This document shows positions 39,235 to 53,895 of a DNA stretch of 64,000 bases, piece by piece (within the stretch, counting starts at the first letter, position 1; each line of letters opens with the position of its first letter). This stretch comes from Leucoraja erinacea. Its lineage: Eukaryota. The stretch is from contig NC_073399.1 of assembly GCF_028641065.1 (NCBI RefSeq), positions 3,410,001 through 3,474,000 on the forward strand. The letters are read 5' to 3'. The translations under genes were made by a program, and so were the position numbers. The notes beneath the pieces were generated by a model, which saw only the letters and a program-made list of their open reading frames with translations, was not told the origin of the DNA and searched no databases.

Positions 39235-39350
39235 CCAAAAGTCCCATGGGCAAGATTTAAAAAGCAAAGGAATTCACCACGTGCCCTGGTCAATATTTAT
39301 CTTCTCAACTAACATCACCAGAAACAAATTAAATAGTAATTTTATTACAT
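39235..39350 (+). mobile_element. Deu-domain SINE remnant (SacSINE1/AmnSINE1-like)
   Basis: tcccatggg...gtgccctggtcaatatttatcttctcaactaacatcacc resembles the Deu core. A reverse copy lies near 63760-63860. Confidence 0.55.
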
Positions 39351-40779
39351 AAACCCATTACGTTCATGCCTGCCAGAAAAAAATGCCCAGATTAAACGGG
39401 GTCTCAGGTCTCAGATTGAAGCCTCGTGGATGAATAATTGAAATGCTCTAACACAATAACTTTTAAAACACTGGTGGTCTCTCAATCCATTTCCACAAAC
39501 GATGAGATTTTCATGAAGATCTTGCTGGCTCCTATTGCAGAGGATGAAGTTTCATTCAACAGGAAACTGCCCGTATCAAATTTTCAAAAATGCGTATATT
39601 TTGTCTCGTGGCGATGGACTGACTGCAAATTCCAGGCACTCAATTCTCCATATTTTTTTTTTTAAAGAACCATTCTTAGCCATTTGTACATTGGTTAAAC
39701 AAATCATTTATACCAATAGAGTCATAGTGTGGGGAAACAGGCCTTTCGGTCCATCCTGTCCACACTGCCCAACATGCCCCATTTACACTTGTCCCACCTG
39801 CCTGCGTTTGGCCCATATTGCTCTAAACCTATCCTAACCACCTACCTGTCTAAATGTTTTGTTATAGTTCCTGCTTCAAGTACATCCTCTGGCAGTTCCA
39901 TATACCCACCACCCCTTGTGTTAAGGTTCCTATTAAATCTTTCTCCCCTCACCTTAACCCTGCGTCCTTAGGTTCTGGCAAGAGGCCGTGATCTATTTGT
40001 ACACTTTATTAAAAAAGTTATTATCAATAATTATTCCAATAGGAAGCCTACATCTAACAGTAACTCAACATAAATGCAATGAGTTTGAGGCAAAGGCATA
40101 CAGGTTTGTAGGTTAATTGGCTTGGTAAATGTATAAATTGTCCCTAGTGGGATAGTGTTAATAGCGGGGATCACTGGTCAGCGCAGACCCGGTGGGCCGA
40201 AGAGTCTGTATCTCTAAACTAAACAATGCTGAACTAACATCACCAGAAACAATCTTTCATCTTTCCACCAATTACTTATTTCAAAATTATGCCAGAATTA
40301 TTGATCCAGTTAGGCCCCTCAATGTTATATTCCTTGATGTGATAACGTCCCACTTCAAGATTTGATTTTACTGGCACTGGGCCCCTGACATGTTTGCTTA
40401 CATTCCAGGAGCACTCATATTCAAGGGTGAATTTTCATCAGCTTCAATGCAATTCCAATATTCAAATCCTCCTCTTACTGTCCAACATTCTGTATCGTCA
40501 CTCAGCACCTCGTTTGTTCTTTCTTGCATATTCAGTAATTCGTCACATTTTCCCATGCAACATTTACCTTTATACCTCTTCCCTTCCCACACGCCTCAAA
40601 AGTGTGGGAAGAAAAACAGTAAAAGGGCAGATCTTGCATTAAAGTGTTCTCCTAACCATCCACGCAAAGTAGCAATTCTCTGGTATTATTATTTCCAAAT
40701 TCAGTGCTCAGTGTGTGATCTTTTCTGCAATTGGCAAAACCCAAATACAGATTGCCTCCTCTGCAGAACTCCAAGTTTC

Positions 40780-41030
40780 CAGTTTAGTGATACAGGCGCG
40801 GAAACAGGCCCTTCTGCCCACCGAGTCTGCACTGACCAATGATCCCCACATTAACACTATCCTACATACACTAGGAACAATTTGCCTACAAACCTGTACG
40901 TCTTTGGAGTGTGGGAGGAAACCAGTGCTCCTGGAGAAAACCCACAGGAATTACAAACAGCACCCATAGTCAGGATACAACTTGGGTCTCTGGCATTGTA
41001 AGACAGCAACTCTACTGCTAACCCAAAGAT
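40780..41030 (-). mobile_element. HE1-like V-SINE
   Basis: Same family motifs in reverse orientation. Confidence 0.78.
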
Positions 41031-41445
41031 GCCTGCCACTATTTCTATTTTCCATTATTACTCCTCTGAAAAGACAGGCACTACAAGGCTTCCATCTTAT
41101 GCGACTATACAGTTTTGATGAAAAACTATCAATCTTAAAACTTTAACATTAAATCAGGTATTTTCCTTCGTCCACAGAAATGCTAATTATTCCCTGCACT
41201 TTTATCAGATTTCCAGCAATTCACTTCTACATTGTTCTTATTCCTTCTATTTAGATCTCCTCGAGTCAGTTCAGCTGCGATTAGCAAGCGTTGCCCACCA
41301 ATTCTCAGCCAACACCAGCATTACCATATCTCGGTCTCTTCTGGTCTCCAGCTTACCACAGGAATTTCCTCAGGTCTTTCACTAATTTAAATGTTTGATT
41401 TCCAACTTTCCTAGTTCTGAGAAAGCTCAAACCGAAACCATTTAT

Positions 41446-41750
41446 AGCCCTGTCCCATGGCACGAGTTCATTCCAAGAGCTCTCCCGAATTTTAAAAAAA
41501 AACAAAAACTCGTGGTAAGCACGGAGAATGAACCTAGCAGGTACGTCGGAGCTCGGGGACGTCTCTTAGCGGCTAGTAACGCTAACGGCAGGTACTCGGG
41601 AAGACTCGCTAACGGCAGGTAAGCACGGGAAGACTCGTGAACATTTTTCAACATGAAAAATGTCCATGAGAGCCACGAGTACCGACGAGTGGCCATTACC
41701 GTAAATCTCAGAGTTCGACTCAGGGCAAACTCGGGAGAGCTCTTGGGGAA
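41446..41750. mobile_element. PIF/Harbinger-type MITE (partial)
   Basis: Starts gccctgtccca. Internal inverted pair ccaagagctctcccg / cgggagagctcttgg. CpG-rich short internal repeats. Confidence 0.55.
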
Positions 41751-41986
41751 GGAAATTGAGGGTTAGCTCCAATGAAATTATTTGAAATAAGACATCTGAC
41801 TTCTCAAGATATGTTTAAATAAATCTCATGACACACAAATGAAAGGCAACAATTTATTCAGGAAAGATGTATAAATTTCCCCTCCTAATTTTGAATTAAG
41901 GAATATCATCGAGGAGTGGGCAATATTGGGTAGGGGAACTGTGCACTGGTAAAGACAAACCATAAAACATCAACCTCAAGTATTTA

Positions 41987-42472
<486 letters not shown>

Positions 42473-43151
42473 TCAAATGCCTATGTTTGGACTGAATAAA
42501 GGAATGTTCTTTATCACATTTGGCTTCATTAAAAAACTGGAAAAAAATGTACCATTTATAATCTTAATCAGCAGATTCTTACAGCAAACTTGAATAAACC
42601 TTCATTTAACTGCTCAGATACATGGACTGCAGTACATGTTGAAAATTGCACCAAGGTATCTCCAATTATAAAGTGATATTTTTCATTTTGTATTAAAACT
42701 ACAGTGCTATTCCTGGAAGTACACAGAGTGGCTGGAATAACTCAGCAGATCAGGCAGCATCTCTGGAGAATATGTGCAGGTGATGTTTCAGGTTGATACC
42801 CTTCTCCAGACCATGATCTAATTTGTCCCCTCTCCCAAAAACATTTTTGAACACGAAAATAGAAGTATTTAGTTTGATGCGACAGCTGTGCATTCCACAT
42901 GGGCAATGCAAGTTTCACTACTGTGATTGCACATATGGACGAACATTTCAGAACACAATTAATTGCCTTTTTGGGCAGTTCTATCATGTTGGGAATTAGT
43001 TTTATGATGCAAGATCTCATACCAAGTTAAATTTGGTGTAGCTTTTAATATGCATTACATAATCTATCTTGTACTCTATACTAGTGATCATATCACGGCT
43101 TCATTCCCTGCCACAATTAATCGTAACCTATTCTTATTCATTAAGTCATTA

Positions 43152-43541
<390 letters not shown>

Positions 43542-44735
43542 TTAGAGCAAGGGAACACAATTAATCCAATTGTTACACATTGAAATAAAGATGTGTATAC
43601 TATGTCTAAAATTATACAAAAAATGGCCACCTATTCCCAGTCTTCTTCCACTAATTAAATCACATCTTTTTGAAAAGATCTTTCCAGGTAGCGCATTCTT
43701 ACCGAAGATTTGGCTAAACATACCAAAACATCAATAAAAAAGCCATTTTTCAAATGGCTCACAGATTAGTCCAAGCACAACTTTTATTGACTGTAGAACG
43801 GCATTTTTAATTAAAGCCAGAGCATTTTATCCAATGCAAATTGATGTGTTAAAGCATGTCATATTTCGGCAACCTTGCTCAGTCCCATAGTACACCCCTG
43901 CATAACTTTGCTTTGGTAAATACTTGCACATGCCTGAAATATGCTGGAAAAACTACCAAGCATCTCTTAATAATACACTGAGACTACACGGTATGTTTAT
44001 TCATTTAGAAGACAAAAATGATAGATTTCATTGGTTCAAATTCTACCTATCAACAAACATGTTTCATTGAACTGAATTGAACCAAATCCTAACATTTCTA
44101 AGAATTGAAAGTATTGGCACAAAATAAATTAGATTCATGAAATATGATCCTTCTCCGTACAATCGGATTAGCCTTCTAGGTTTTAAGTATGTTCTATTTC
44201 TCAAAAAGATGAGATTGCCAGTATCAAAGATTAATGAATATTACAGTTATTTGTATAGACATCAAATCTGGAGCCAACAAGATTTCCTGGTGAATTCACA
44301 TTTGGTAAACTGCATCAAAGTTAGAAAAATATGTTAATGTGAACAATATCCAAGTAATATTGGAAAACAAATACTTTACGCAGTACTGACCAGCTTGCTC
44401 ATTAACAAGATAATTTGTGAAAATATGCACTTTGATAATAATAAATATTTAAGAGCACACTATCTTCATAGATATTAATGACAGGAGTACATTAAGAATA
44501 TCTTCTGCCTAGTCCTCCAACGCATCTCATTTATGGCAGCAAAGCCATAGTTTTAAAGATCACAGACGCAACTATCCTTAAAAGCCACAGAACAACCATC
44601 AACAAGAGAAAAGGAATAGTCAATTGCAGGATCTGGAGGCACTTGTCTCCCCCTTTCCTCAATAGGCAGTTTTGATTTAGCAGCATTTTTAATTCACTTC
44701 CCAGTCCCATCCTTTTATGTTCATGACATCTAGAT

Positions 44736-45003
44736 CATAGGTTTTCAAACTGGGGTCCATGATAAGATCCCATGGGGATTGCAAATATCATCTACATTAC
44801 AAGGAATCTTCAGAATTTAGCATTTAGATTTTGTTTGCAAAGGTGGAACTATCACATTGCAAACATTTTCTGCAAAACAAGGTTTTAACTGGGCAGCCTA
44901 GACCAGTGAACACGTTTAGAAGACAAAGGAGGGGGAGGGGGGGTCACCAAAACTCAGCGTTTTCAGGACTTTTTTCTTGTGCACAAAAGTTTGAAAACCA
45001 TTG
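44736..45003. mobile_element. hAT (Charlie-type) MITE
   Basis: TIRs cataggttttcaaact / agtttgaaaaccattg. 8-bp TSD atctagat (44728-44735) / atctggat (45004-45011). Confidence 0.75.
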
Positions 45004-45952
45004 ATCTGGATCACATTTGGCGAAGGATAAAATTGACTTTTGCAGCAATTGTGCGTTCAGTTGGTACTATTTCCAAAACCTGCAGATTGTGATTCTCTGG
45101 CAAATTTCAGTTTACGCTTCATTCAAGTATTTTCTAACTGATCTAACTTAGCCTTGCTCACCTTTTTCTGCGTGGGTGATTAATATATTATCCTTCCTCT
45201 AATAAAGGCCTTGTATGCTTTCCACTCTGTACCAAGAGAGGAGGTGTATTTTTCATTAAATATGAAATGTGACATACTTTTGCATCCTTTTTGAAAAGCT
45301 CTATACATTTGGAGTTTTAATTAATGACACGTGAGTGTGTCATCACATAATTCTAGGCTTCACCAAGGTATTGAAAAGTTGACCATTTTCAAATATTACT
45401 TACCAAATAATTTTAAAGCGATCATTATTCAGATAATGTAGTTCCAAATTAATTTTGGACATGCACAAACATTCTAAATGTCTTAATTGTTATTAAAAAA
45501 TCTGCCTCCGCAATGAGTGTGCTGTCTTTATTCAGTTTTATCCATCTTGCACATCAAGCAATGAATTGCCTTAACTAGTCAAAATGTGTTTACCACCGAG
45601 CTGAAAAAGCAACAATCACGCATCAACACAGCAGTGAGAATGGTCTCATGCCCAAACCCAGCTTCCTATTCCACCAAAAGAAATACACAAAAGCAAATGG
45701 AGAACAGAATCTCCATAAGATGTGTACTATTAACAAGTCACACATGTAAACCTAGTTATCGAATTCTACAAGTTGCAGGACCACACAGGTCATCTAGGAT
45801 ACAGATGAAGAAACACCATTACTGAGATCAGCAAGTGTACTGAAAGAAGCCCCAATGTCCAGAATTGATCAGAGGTATTGATGAGATACAAATCAAGCTT
45901 TTTTACAAAGGTTGAAAAACATGTAATATTCAAAACAATCCCAGAACAAAAC

Positions 45953-46126
45953 GTTTTAGAAGGAACAGCAGTTGCTGTTCAATCGAAGGTACACAAAAAA
46001 AGCTGGAGAAACTCAGCGGGTGCAGCAGCATCTACGGAGCGAAGGAAATAGGCAACGTTTCGGGCCGAAACCCTTCTTCAGTTTGTGTACCTTCGATTTT
46101 CCAGAATCTGCAGTTCCTTCTTAAAC
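45953..46126 (-). mobile_element. Penelope-derived mini-element with intact hammerhead core, inverted ends and 12-bp TSD
   Basis: CCAGAACAAAAC at 45941-45952 and 46127-46138. Imperfect inverted termini of about 45 bp. Core at 46054-46081. Confidence 0.85.
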
Positions 46127-46704
46127 CCAGAACAAAACAGCTTGTTGGCACAATGAAACCATTGAATAGTCAATGAAATTGTTAACCATTTGACATTTGT
46201 CTTAGAACCAGATCCACCAAATTAAAATCTTCAGGAACTCGGCTAGGTATGCAAAGCGCTCGCTAGACCACAAAGTGCAGCCGCTCATCACAAATTAAAG
46301 GTTTGACAAGAAAGAGTACGTTTCCACTAAAAGATTTTTACATGAGGGTCACATGTAAACACATAATGTAATTGCCTGAATTATACCACTGGAATCAAGG
46401 CAATCAACAACCACTCCAAATCATGACTTGAGGATCTGTTTAATCTTTATGTTCCAAACATCTATTACGTCACATGCTCAAGTAGACATGACTGCTCGCT
46501 TCATAGCTGTCAGCATTCACGATGAACTTGTCCTTTAACTGTTGATGATAGTATTGATAATGATTTATCAACTAGAGTAGATTCAATAAAACATTCTAGG
46601 AAGCCTGACCTCCTCTCTCAAGAACTATTACATTCATCATCTCTTCACTATTTTTCAGGTTTTCTTTCACATTTTTCTGTGACCAGTTGTGAAGTATAGA
46701 TCTA

Positions 46705-48258
46705 CAGTGCCCTCCATAGTGTTTGGGACAAAGACCCATCATTTATTTATTTGCCTCTGTGCTTCACAATTTGAGATTTGTAATAGAAAAAAAAAAAAAA
46801 AAAATCACACGTGGTTAAAGTGCACATTGTCAGATTTTAATAAAGGGTATATTTAGACATTTTGGTTTCACCATGTAGAAATTACAGGTGTTTATACATA
46901 GTCCTCCCTATTTCAGGACACCATTATGTTTGGGACACAGCAATGTCATGTAAATGAAAGTAGTCATGTTTAGTATTATGTACATACCCTTTGCATGCAA
47001 TGACTGCTTGAAGTCTGCGATTCATTTACATCACCAGTTGCTGCGTGTCTTCTCTGGTGCTGCTCTGCCTGGCCTTTATTGCAGCCATCTTTAGCTTATG
47101 CATGTTTTGGGGGCTAGTCCCCTTCAGTTTTCTCTTCAGCATATAATAAGCATGCTCAATTGGGTTCAGAACAGGTGATTGACTTGGCCACTCAAAAATT
47201 GACTGTTTTTAGCTTTGAAAAACTCCTTTGTTGCTTTAGCAGTATGGTTAGGATCATTGTCTTGCTGTAGAATGAACCGCTGGCCAATGAGTTTTGAGAC
47301 ATTTGTTTGAACTTGAGCAGATAGGATGTGTCTATACACTTCAGAATTCATTATGCTACCACCATCAGCAGTTGTATCATCAATGAAGATCAGTGAGCCA
47401 GTACCTTCAGCAGCCATAACACCCCCACCACCATGTTTCACCGATGAGGTGGTATGCTTTGGATCTTGGGCAGTTCCTTCTCTCCTCCTTACTTTGTTCT
47501 TGCCATCACTCTGATATAAGTTAATCTTTGTCTCATCTGTCCACAAGACTGTTTTCCAGAACTGTGGTTGCTCTTTTAAGTACTTTGTGACAATCTGTAA
47601 CCTGGCCTTACTATTTTTGCGGCTAACCAGTGGTTTGTATCTTGCAGTGTAGCCTCTGTATTTCTGTTCATGAAGTCTTCTGTGGACAGTGGTCATTGAC
47701 AAATCCACACCTGACTCACGAAGAGTCTTTCTGATCCGTCGGGCAGGTGTTTGGGGATTTTTCTTTATTATAGAGAGAATTCTTCTGAAATCATCCGTGA
47801 AGGTCTTCCTTGGCCTGTCAGTCCCTTTGCGATTAGTAAGCTCATCAGCGCTCTCTTTCTTCTTAATGATGTACCAAACAGTTGATTTTGGTAAGCCCAA
47901 GGTTTGGCTGATGTCTAACAGTTGTATTCTTGTTTCTCAGTCTCATAATGGCTTCTTTGACTTTCCTTGGCGCAAATTTGTCCTCATGTTGATAAACAGC
48001 AATAAAAGTTTCCAAAGGTGGAAAGACTGGAGGAAAGACTAAGTGCTGAGAGCTCTCTTATACTTGCCTATGTATAAACACAGCTGTCATTTCCACATGG
48101 TGAAACCAAAATGTATATAAATACCCTTTAATAAAATCTGACAATGTGCACTTTGACCACATGTGATTTTTTTTCTATTACAAATCTCAAATTGTGGAGT
48201 ACAGAAGCAAAAATAAATAAATAATGGGTCTTTGGTCCAAACATTATGGAGGGCACTG
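46705..48258 (-). mobile_element. Complete Tc1/mariner transposon with long TIRs and frameshifted transposase
   Basis: TA|CAGTGCCCTCCAT...ATGGAGGGCACTG|TA ends and TIRs of about 170 bp. ORF 47166-47900 has WTDETK and QQDND. WPSQSPVLNPIE lies in another frame. Confidence 0.95.
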
Positions 48259-49053
48259 TATTTCACGAAGAAAAGCATTCTAATGATTATGCAATCATTT
48301 ACTCAATTTGTCGAAATCACCCTTTTTCATTTTCTGAAAACGAACAATTCTCCCTCGAAACAGATCTTTCAGTTAGTTGATGAAACCTTGATTCCCTGCT
48401 TACTGATTCAGTAGCACTGCAAAAGCAGATTTGTTTTGAAGTGGAATCAAACAAGTTTGCATATTTTGAATTTCTTGATTTCTGAAGCAAATTCGTACTT
48501 CCACACTACTATTCATGTTTCCGTCATTTATAGCTAGATAGCTATTTTTCCTCACAAAATTCCAGAAAGTTTGATCTCAAAGTAACAAAACATATATACA
48601 ATGTTATTTTGGGGGAGATAAAATAGTGATGGCATTCAATCTGAAATCAGGTTTCAATGCATTACTTTTGTTTAATTGAAGATTTGCCATTATAAAGGAC
48701 AAGGCAGTTTGTGTTAAAGGGGGAATGTATTTTTTCCACAGTCAAGTACCAGATTTACGCAGAGATCACCGTGGCATCTGGATGTGATACCATAATTTAA
48801 CAAGACCTCAAAATTCTCTTCTGCTAATACATTCCAGAACAAATAAAATCATCAGCTTTATCACCAGCACACGAGTGTAAGATATTTGATGGAATATAAA
48901 ATTAAGGTTTTACCACCTTAAATTCCATTTTTGTCTCCCCACAAAATAAGAAGTTTTTCTAACCCTTTATAGATTATACCTCATATCAATGTTTTTTTAT
49001 TTAGATGACATGGCCATTCAAAATTACAAAAAATCATCATAATATGTGTGCTA

Positions 49054-49392
<339 letters not shown>

Positions 49393-49900
49393 TTAAATAT
49401 ATACTAGGACAATAATATATTTGAAGTTTTATTTCAACCAACAATCTGTCAATTATATCCAAAATCCATGGTCTTGAAATTCTCAACAAACACGTTAATT
49501 ATTTACTTCAAGCATTTAGTTGAATACAGAGTGTAGAGAATTATTTCAAACTTTATTCACACAATATTAGAATAAGTCAACTAGAATACAAGCTGAAAGT
49601 TGATGCGTTCTACAAACAGTAGTATATCTTTATTGAAGCAAGGTTACATTCAGCACAATGATGGAACCATTATATTTTCTTCGTCACACTGAAAATGACA
49701 ATTGAGAATAACTACGAACAGATTTTTGTTAAGGCCTGGAAAAAATGAAAACCTTATCATCTGAACTTTTTAATAATTTCATACTGCATATATACAATTC
49801 CTGTGAAACAAGAAATGAGGCTTAACTTAAGAGGAATATCTTATTAAAAACAGGTTAACTAGGGTGGTGGAAATCAGAATTTATAATCTGTTTTGCACAG

Positions 49901-50130
49901 GGCGGCACTGTGGTGCAGCGCCAGAGACCTAGGTTCGATCCTATCAACTATAGGGTGCGTATCTGTACAAAGTTTGTACGTTTTCCCTGTGACCTGCGTG
50001 GATTTTGTTTTGGGATCTCCAATTTCCTCCCAAACTCTAAAGACGTACAGGTTAGTCGGCTAATTGGCTTGGTATAACTATAAATTGACACTAGTGCGAG
50101 TAGGACAGTGTTAGTGTACGGGGATTGCTG
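49901..50130 (+). mobile_element. HE1-like V-SINE
   Basis: ggcggcactgtggtgcagcg...ggttcgatcc B-box plus V domain. Confidence 0.78.
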
Positions 50131-50573
50131 GAACGAGAAAGTCCGTTCCAACATTTGAGCATAGTTGAAGCTATCAAGTCCAACATTTGGGACGGCTTAG
50201 GGAACATTTGTTGTAAGTATATAGAGGGCCAACAAAAAGAGAAGGAACACATCACCTCTCAAACTACCTACCTGCCCGCTCCCTCAAGCATGCCTTGCAA
50301 TACTTGGGGCCCACAATAGTTATCTGTAACCTCAGAATTCGAGTGGAAACAAGTCATCCAGGAGGAGGGAGCAAGTGGATGGTGATAGAAAACCAGAAGC
50401 AACTTTTCCTACACTGTTGACCATTTTGCAGAATTGTTAACTTCCTCACATCAATATGCTCATGTTATTTCTGTTGGATATACAAAAATCATGCAGCTGC
50501 TGACAATAGTTGTTTCCCTGGATTTCCCAGAGAAGATCAGACCCTGATATTATTCAAACACCAAAACATTTAA

Positions 50574-50787
50574 GGGCCTGTCCCACTTTCACGACCTCTG
50601 CCGAGTTTGCCCTTGACTCGTACTCCCAGCATGATCGTCACAAGGTCGTAGGTAGGTCGTAGCAGGCCGTGATGCTAGTCGTAGGTACTCGTGGCATCAA
50701 GTAGGTCGGGGCATTTTTCTAGCATGATGAAAAATGTCCATGAGTAAAAAAGGTTGTGAATTAGGTCATGAAAGTGGGACAGGCAAC
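50574..50787. mobile_element. PIF/Harbinger-type MITE
   Basis: TIRs gggcctgtcccactttcacgacc / ggtcatgaaagtgggacaggc, flanked by TAA/TTA. Confidence 0.7.
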
Positions 50788-52560
50788 TTAAGACCTGGAA
50801 CGCAACGCTACAACAAAGAAGCTGACTAGTTGTGGATCTCAGCTATGTCGGAGTAAACAAATAACAAATTAGCTGAGAAAGGAAATTATCAAAAATAGCT
50901 GCAGCTTGTCACTGCCACAATACGAGTGTTTAATAATAGATACACAACCCATTATTGTCCTTAAAGCTAGTACTAATCAAACCCATGGGTACCCCAGTGA
51001 ACAGTATAATTAATTTATTTCAGGGTTAGTTGGCAGCATCTTCAACATCAGAGGGGGACATACAAGATTATGGCCAGAGCACTTCACATATTCATCCTTT
51101 AATAAGACATCCCTATTTTAAAAAAAAAAACTTAGATGAACACATTTTACCAGTTCAAAAGTTCACTCTCCTGCAACAACAAATCTGCACATACCATTTA
51201 TTTCCCCCATGGTTCCATTCTCAGTTAGTACAGCAATTGGATGCACATTCATGTTAAAGATTTGTTGAAGCCAAATGAAGGACAATAAAACCCACATTAC
51301 ATTCACCAATAGTTCCTTTTTACACAATGTTTTTGACAGTCCATTTTTGTATTTCTCATTGTACTATGCATACACTGTACTTTCTTGAAGATCTCAGATC
51401 TCCTCTTTTAAATTCTGATACGTTTCCTATGCTCAGGATTACTGTTCTTTTTTCGGCAACATTATAAGCCTTCACTTTATACACTCCTTACAATTCCAAA
51501 TTTTCTCAACATTTTCTGGTCAAAAGGTCAGATAAGTTGTGTTGACTATGTCACACATTTGCAATATACACAAATATACTCAGATTTTCACAAGAGACGG
51601 TACCATGACAGCACAGAATTGTTTTTTAGGCCCCAGTGTTTTTAAAATGGTCATTTGCTGTGTAGATATTTCTCATGGTTCCACAGCATTCCAGTAGGTG
51701 GCACTCTAGTTAATTTCCTTATTATATATGTATGCACCTTCTTGCCATTTAAGAGTACTTTATATTTAGAAAGAAGAGTTATACAACACTAAATGCTGAC
51801 TTGGCAAAATGTCCAACCCGAGAATCATTGGCTCTATCAATTAGATTCTTCCTTCCTTTCATTGCGAGGTAGTCATTAAAAAATGGTTCTAATTTTCATT
51901 ATAACAGAGGCAAAATATGACCATGCATGCATACAATAATGTTCAGAAGTTCACTAAAAAGTAATAATTCAAATCATTTAAAATACATTTGTTGGCAACA
52001 TGTTATAACAGTGCATAGTATGAGAATTTTATAACCATCTTTTTCTGAAAGATCAGTCCTCCAGTTACATTTGCCAAAGTGTGTGATTGTGTATATGTTT
52101 ATGTTATATATTTAAAAAAGAATGAAGAATTCATTCAGATTTAAATTTTTCAGATGTTGTCAATAACCTCACACAAGTATGGACTATGTCAATTTGGAAT
52201 CACGTACAGTATTTTGTGGAATATTAAAAAAAAAGTGCATTCTACACATCATAGAACATTGAACAGTACAGCACAGAAACAGGCCCTTCAGCCCACAACG
52301 TCTGTGCCCAACATTATGCCTGTTTGCACGTGATCCATATCCCTCCATTTCCTGCATCTCCATGTACCCATTTAAAAACCTCTTAAACGTCACCGTTGTA
52401 TATCTGCCTCCATCACCACCCCTGCAGCATTTTGCAGGCACACACAACCCTCTGTGTAAAATACTTGCAACAACCATCTCCTTTAAATTTTCCCCTTTAA
52501 TCAAAGCTATGTCCTTGACTCCTGGTCTTTTCCACCCTGCTAACAATGTTCTGATTGTCT

Positions 52561-52716
52561 GGGAAAGAACTGCAGATGCTGGTTTAAATCGAAGGTAGAC
52601 ACAAAATGCTGGAGTGACTCAGTGGGACAGGCAGCATCTCTGGAGAGAAGGAATGAGAGACATTTCGGGTCGAGTCCCTTCTTCAGACTGAGTTACTCCA
52701 GCATTTTGTGTCTATC
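52561..52716 (-). mobile_element. Penelope-derived mini-element nested in an older CR1 fragment (about 52250-52855)
   Basis: TSD TTCTGATTGTCT at 52549-52560 and 52717-52728. Minus core CTGAAGA-aGGGactcgaCCC-GAAAT-GTC. Fold-back end. Confidence 0.85.
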
Positions 52717-53032
52717 TTCTGATTGTCTATCCCAAATATGTTTCACATAAATTTTTATATACTTCTATCAGGTCTCCACTCAACCTCAACGGTCCAGACA
52801 AAACAATTCAAGTTTGTCCAACTTTTCCATACAGTTAATGCACTCAATTCCAGGCATAAGCATTTGACCCACTGGTCAAAAAGAATAAGACTAATATAAT
52901 TAACACATGTAGGTAAATGGATACATTTACAATAGCCAGCTAAATGTAATTTTTTTAAGACAAATGCTGTTATAATTATCCCTTTAGTAGAAAACCTCAA
53001 ATCCAGAAACATACCCCTGGCATAAGTAACTA

Positions 53033-53368
<336 letters not shown>

Positions 53369-53610
53369 TCATAGAATCATGAACCACTTAAGACACAGGA
53401 GCCAACTTGGCCCATCATGTTATGCTAGTTGAAAAAAGTGCCACCAAACCCAATACCATCGCCCCAATTCCATGGCCCTTCAATTACTTTCTAAATAGAT
53501 GATGATCAGTGGTCCCCTTTATCATTTTTCCTTGGATTCTATGTTCTCTCTTCCCTCCCCCCCACATCACCCTGCTATGTGGGATTTTGTCAAAGTCATG
53601 CCAAAACCTA

Positions 53611-53895
<285 letters not shown>

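Noticed and set aside
41540-41640. Short spaced repeats (gctaacggcaggta / cgggaagactcg) suggestive of CRISPR
   Set aside because: Only two copies, no unique spacers, eukaryotic context, internal to a MITE.
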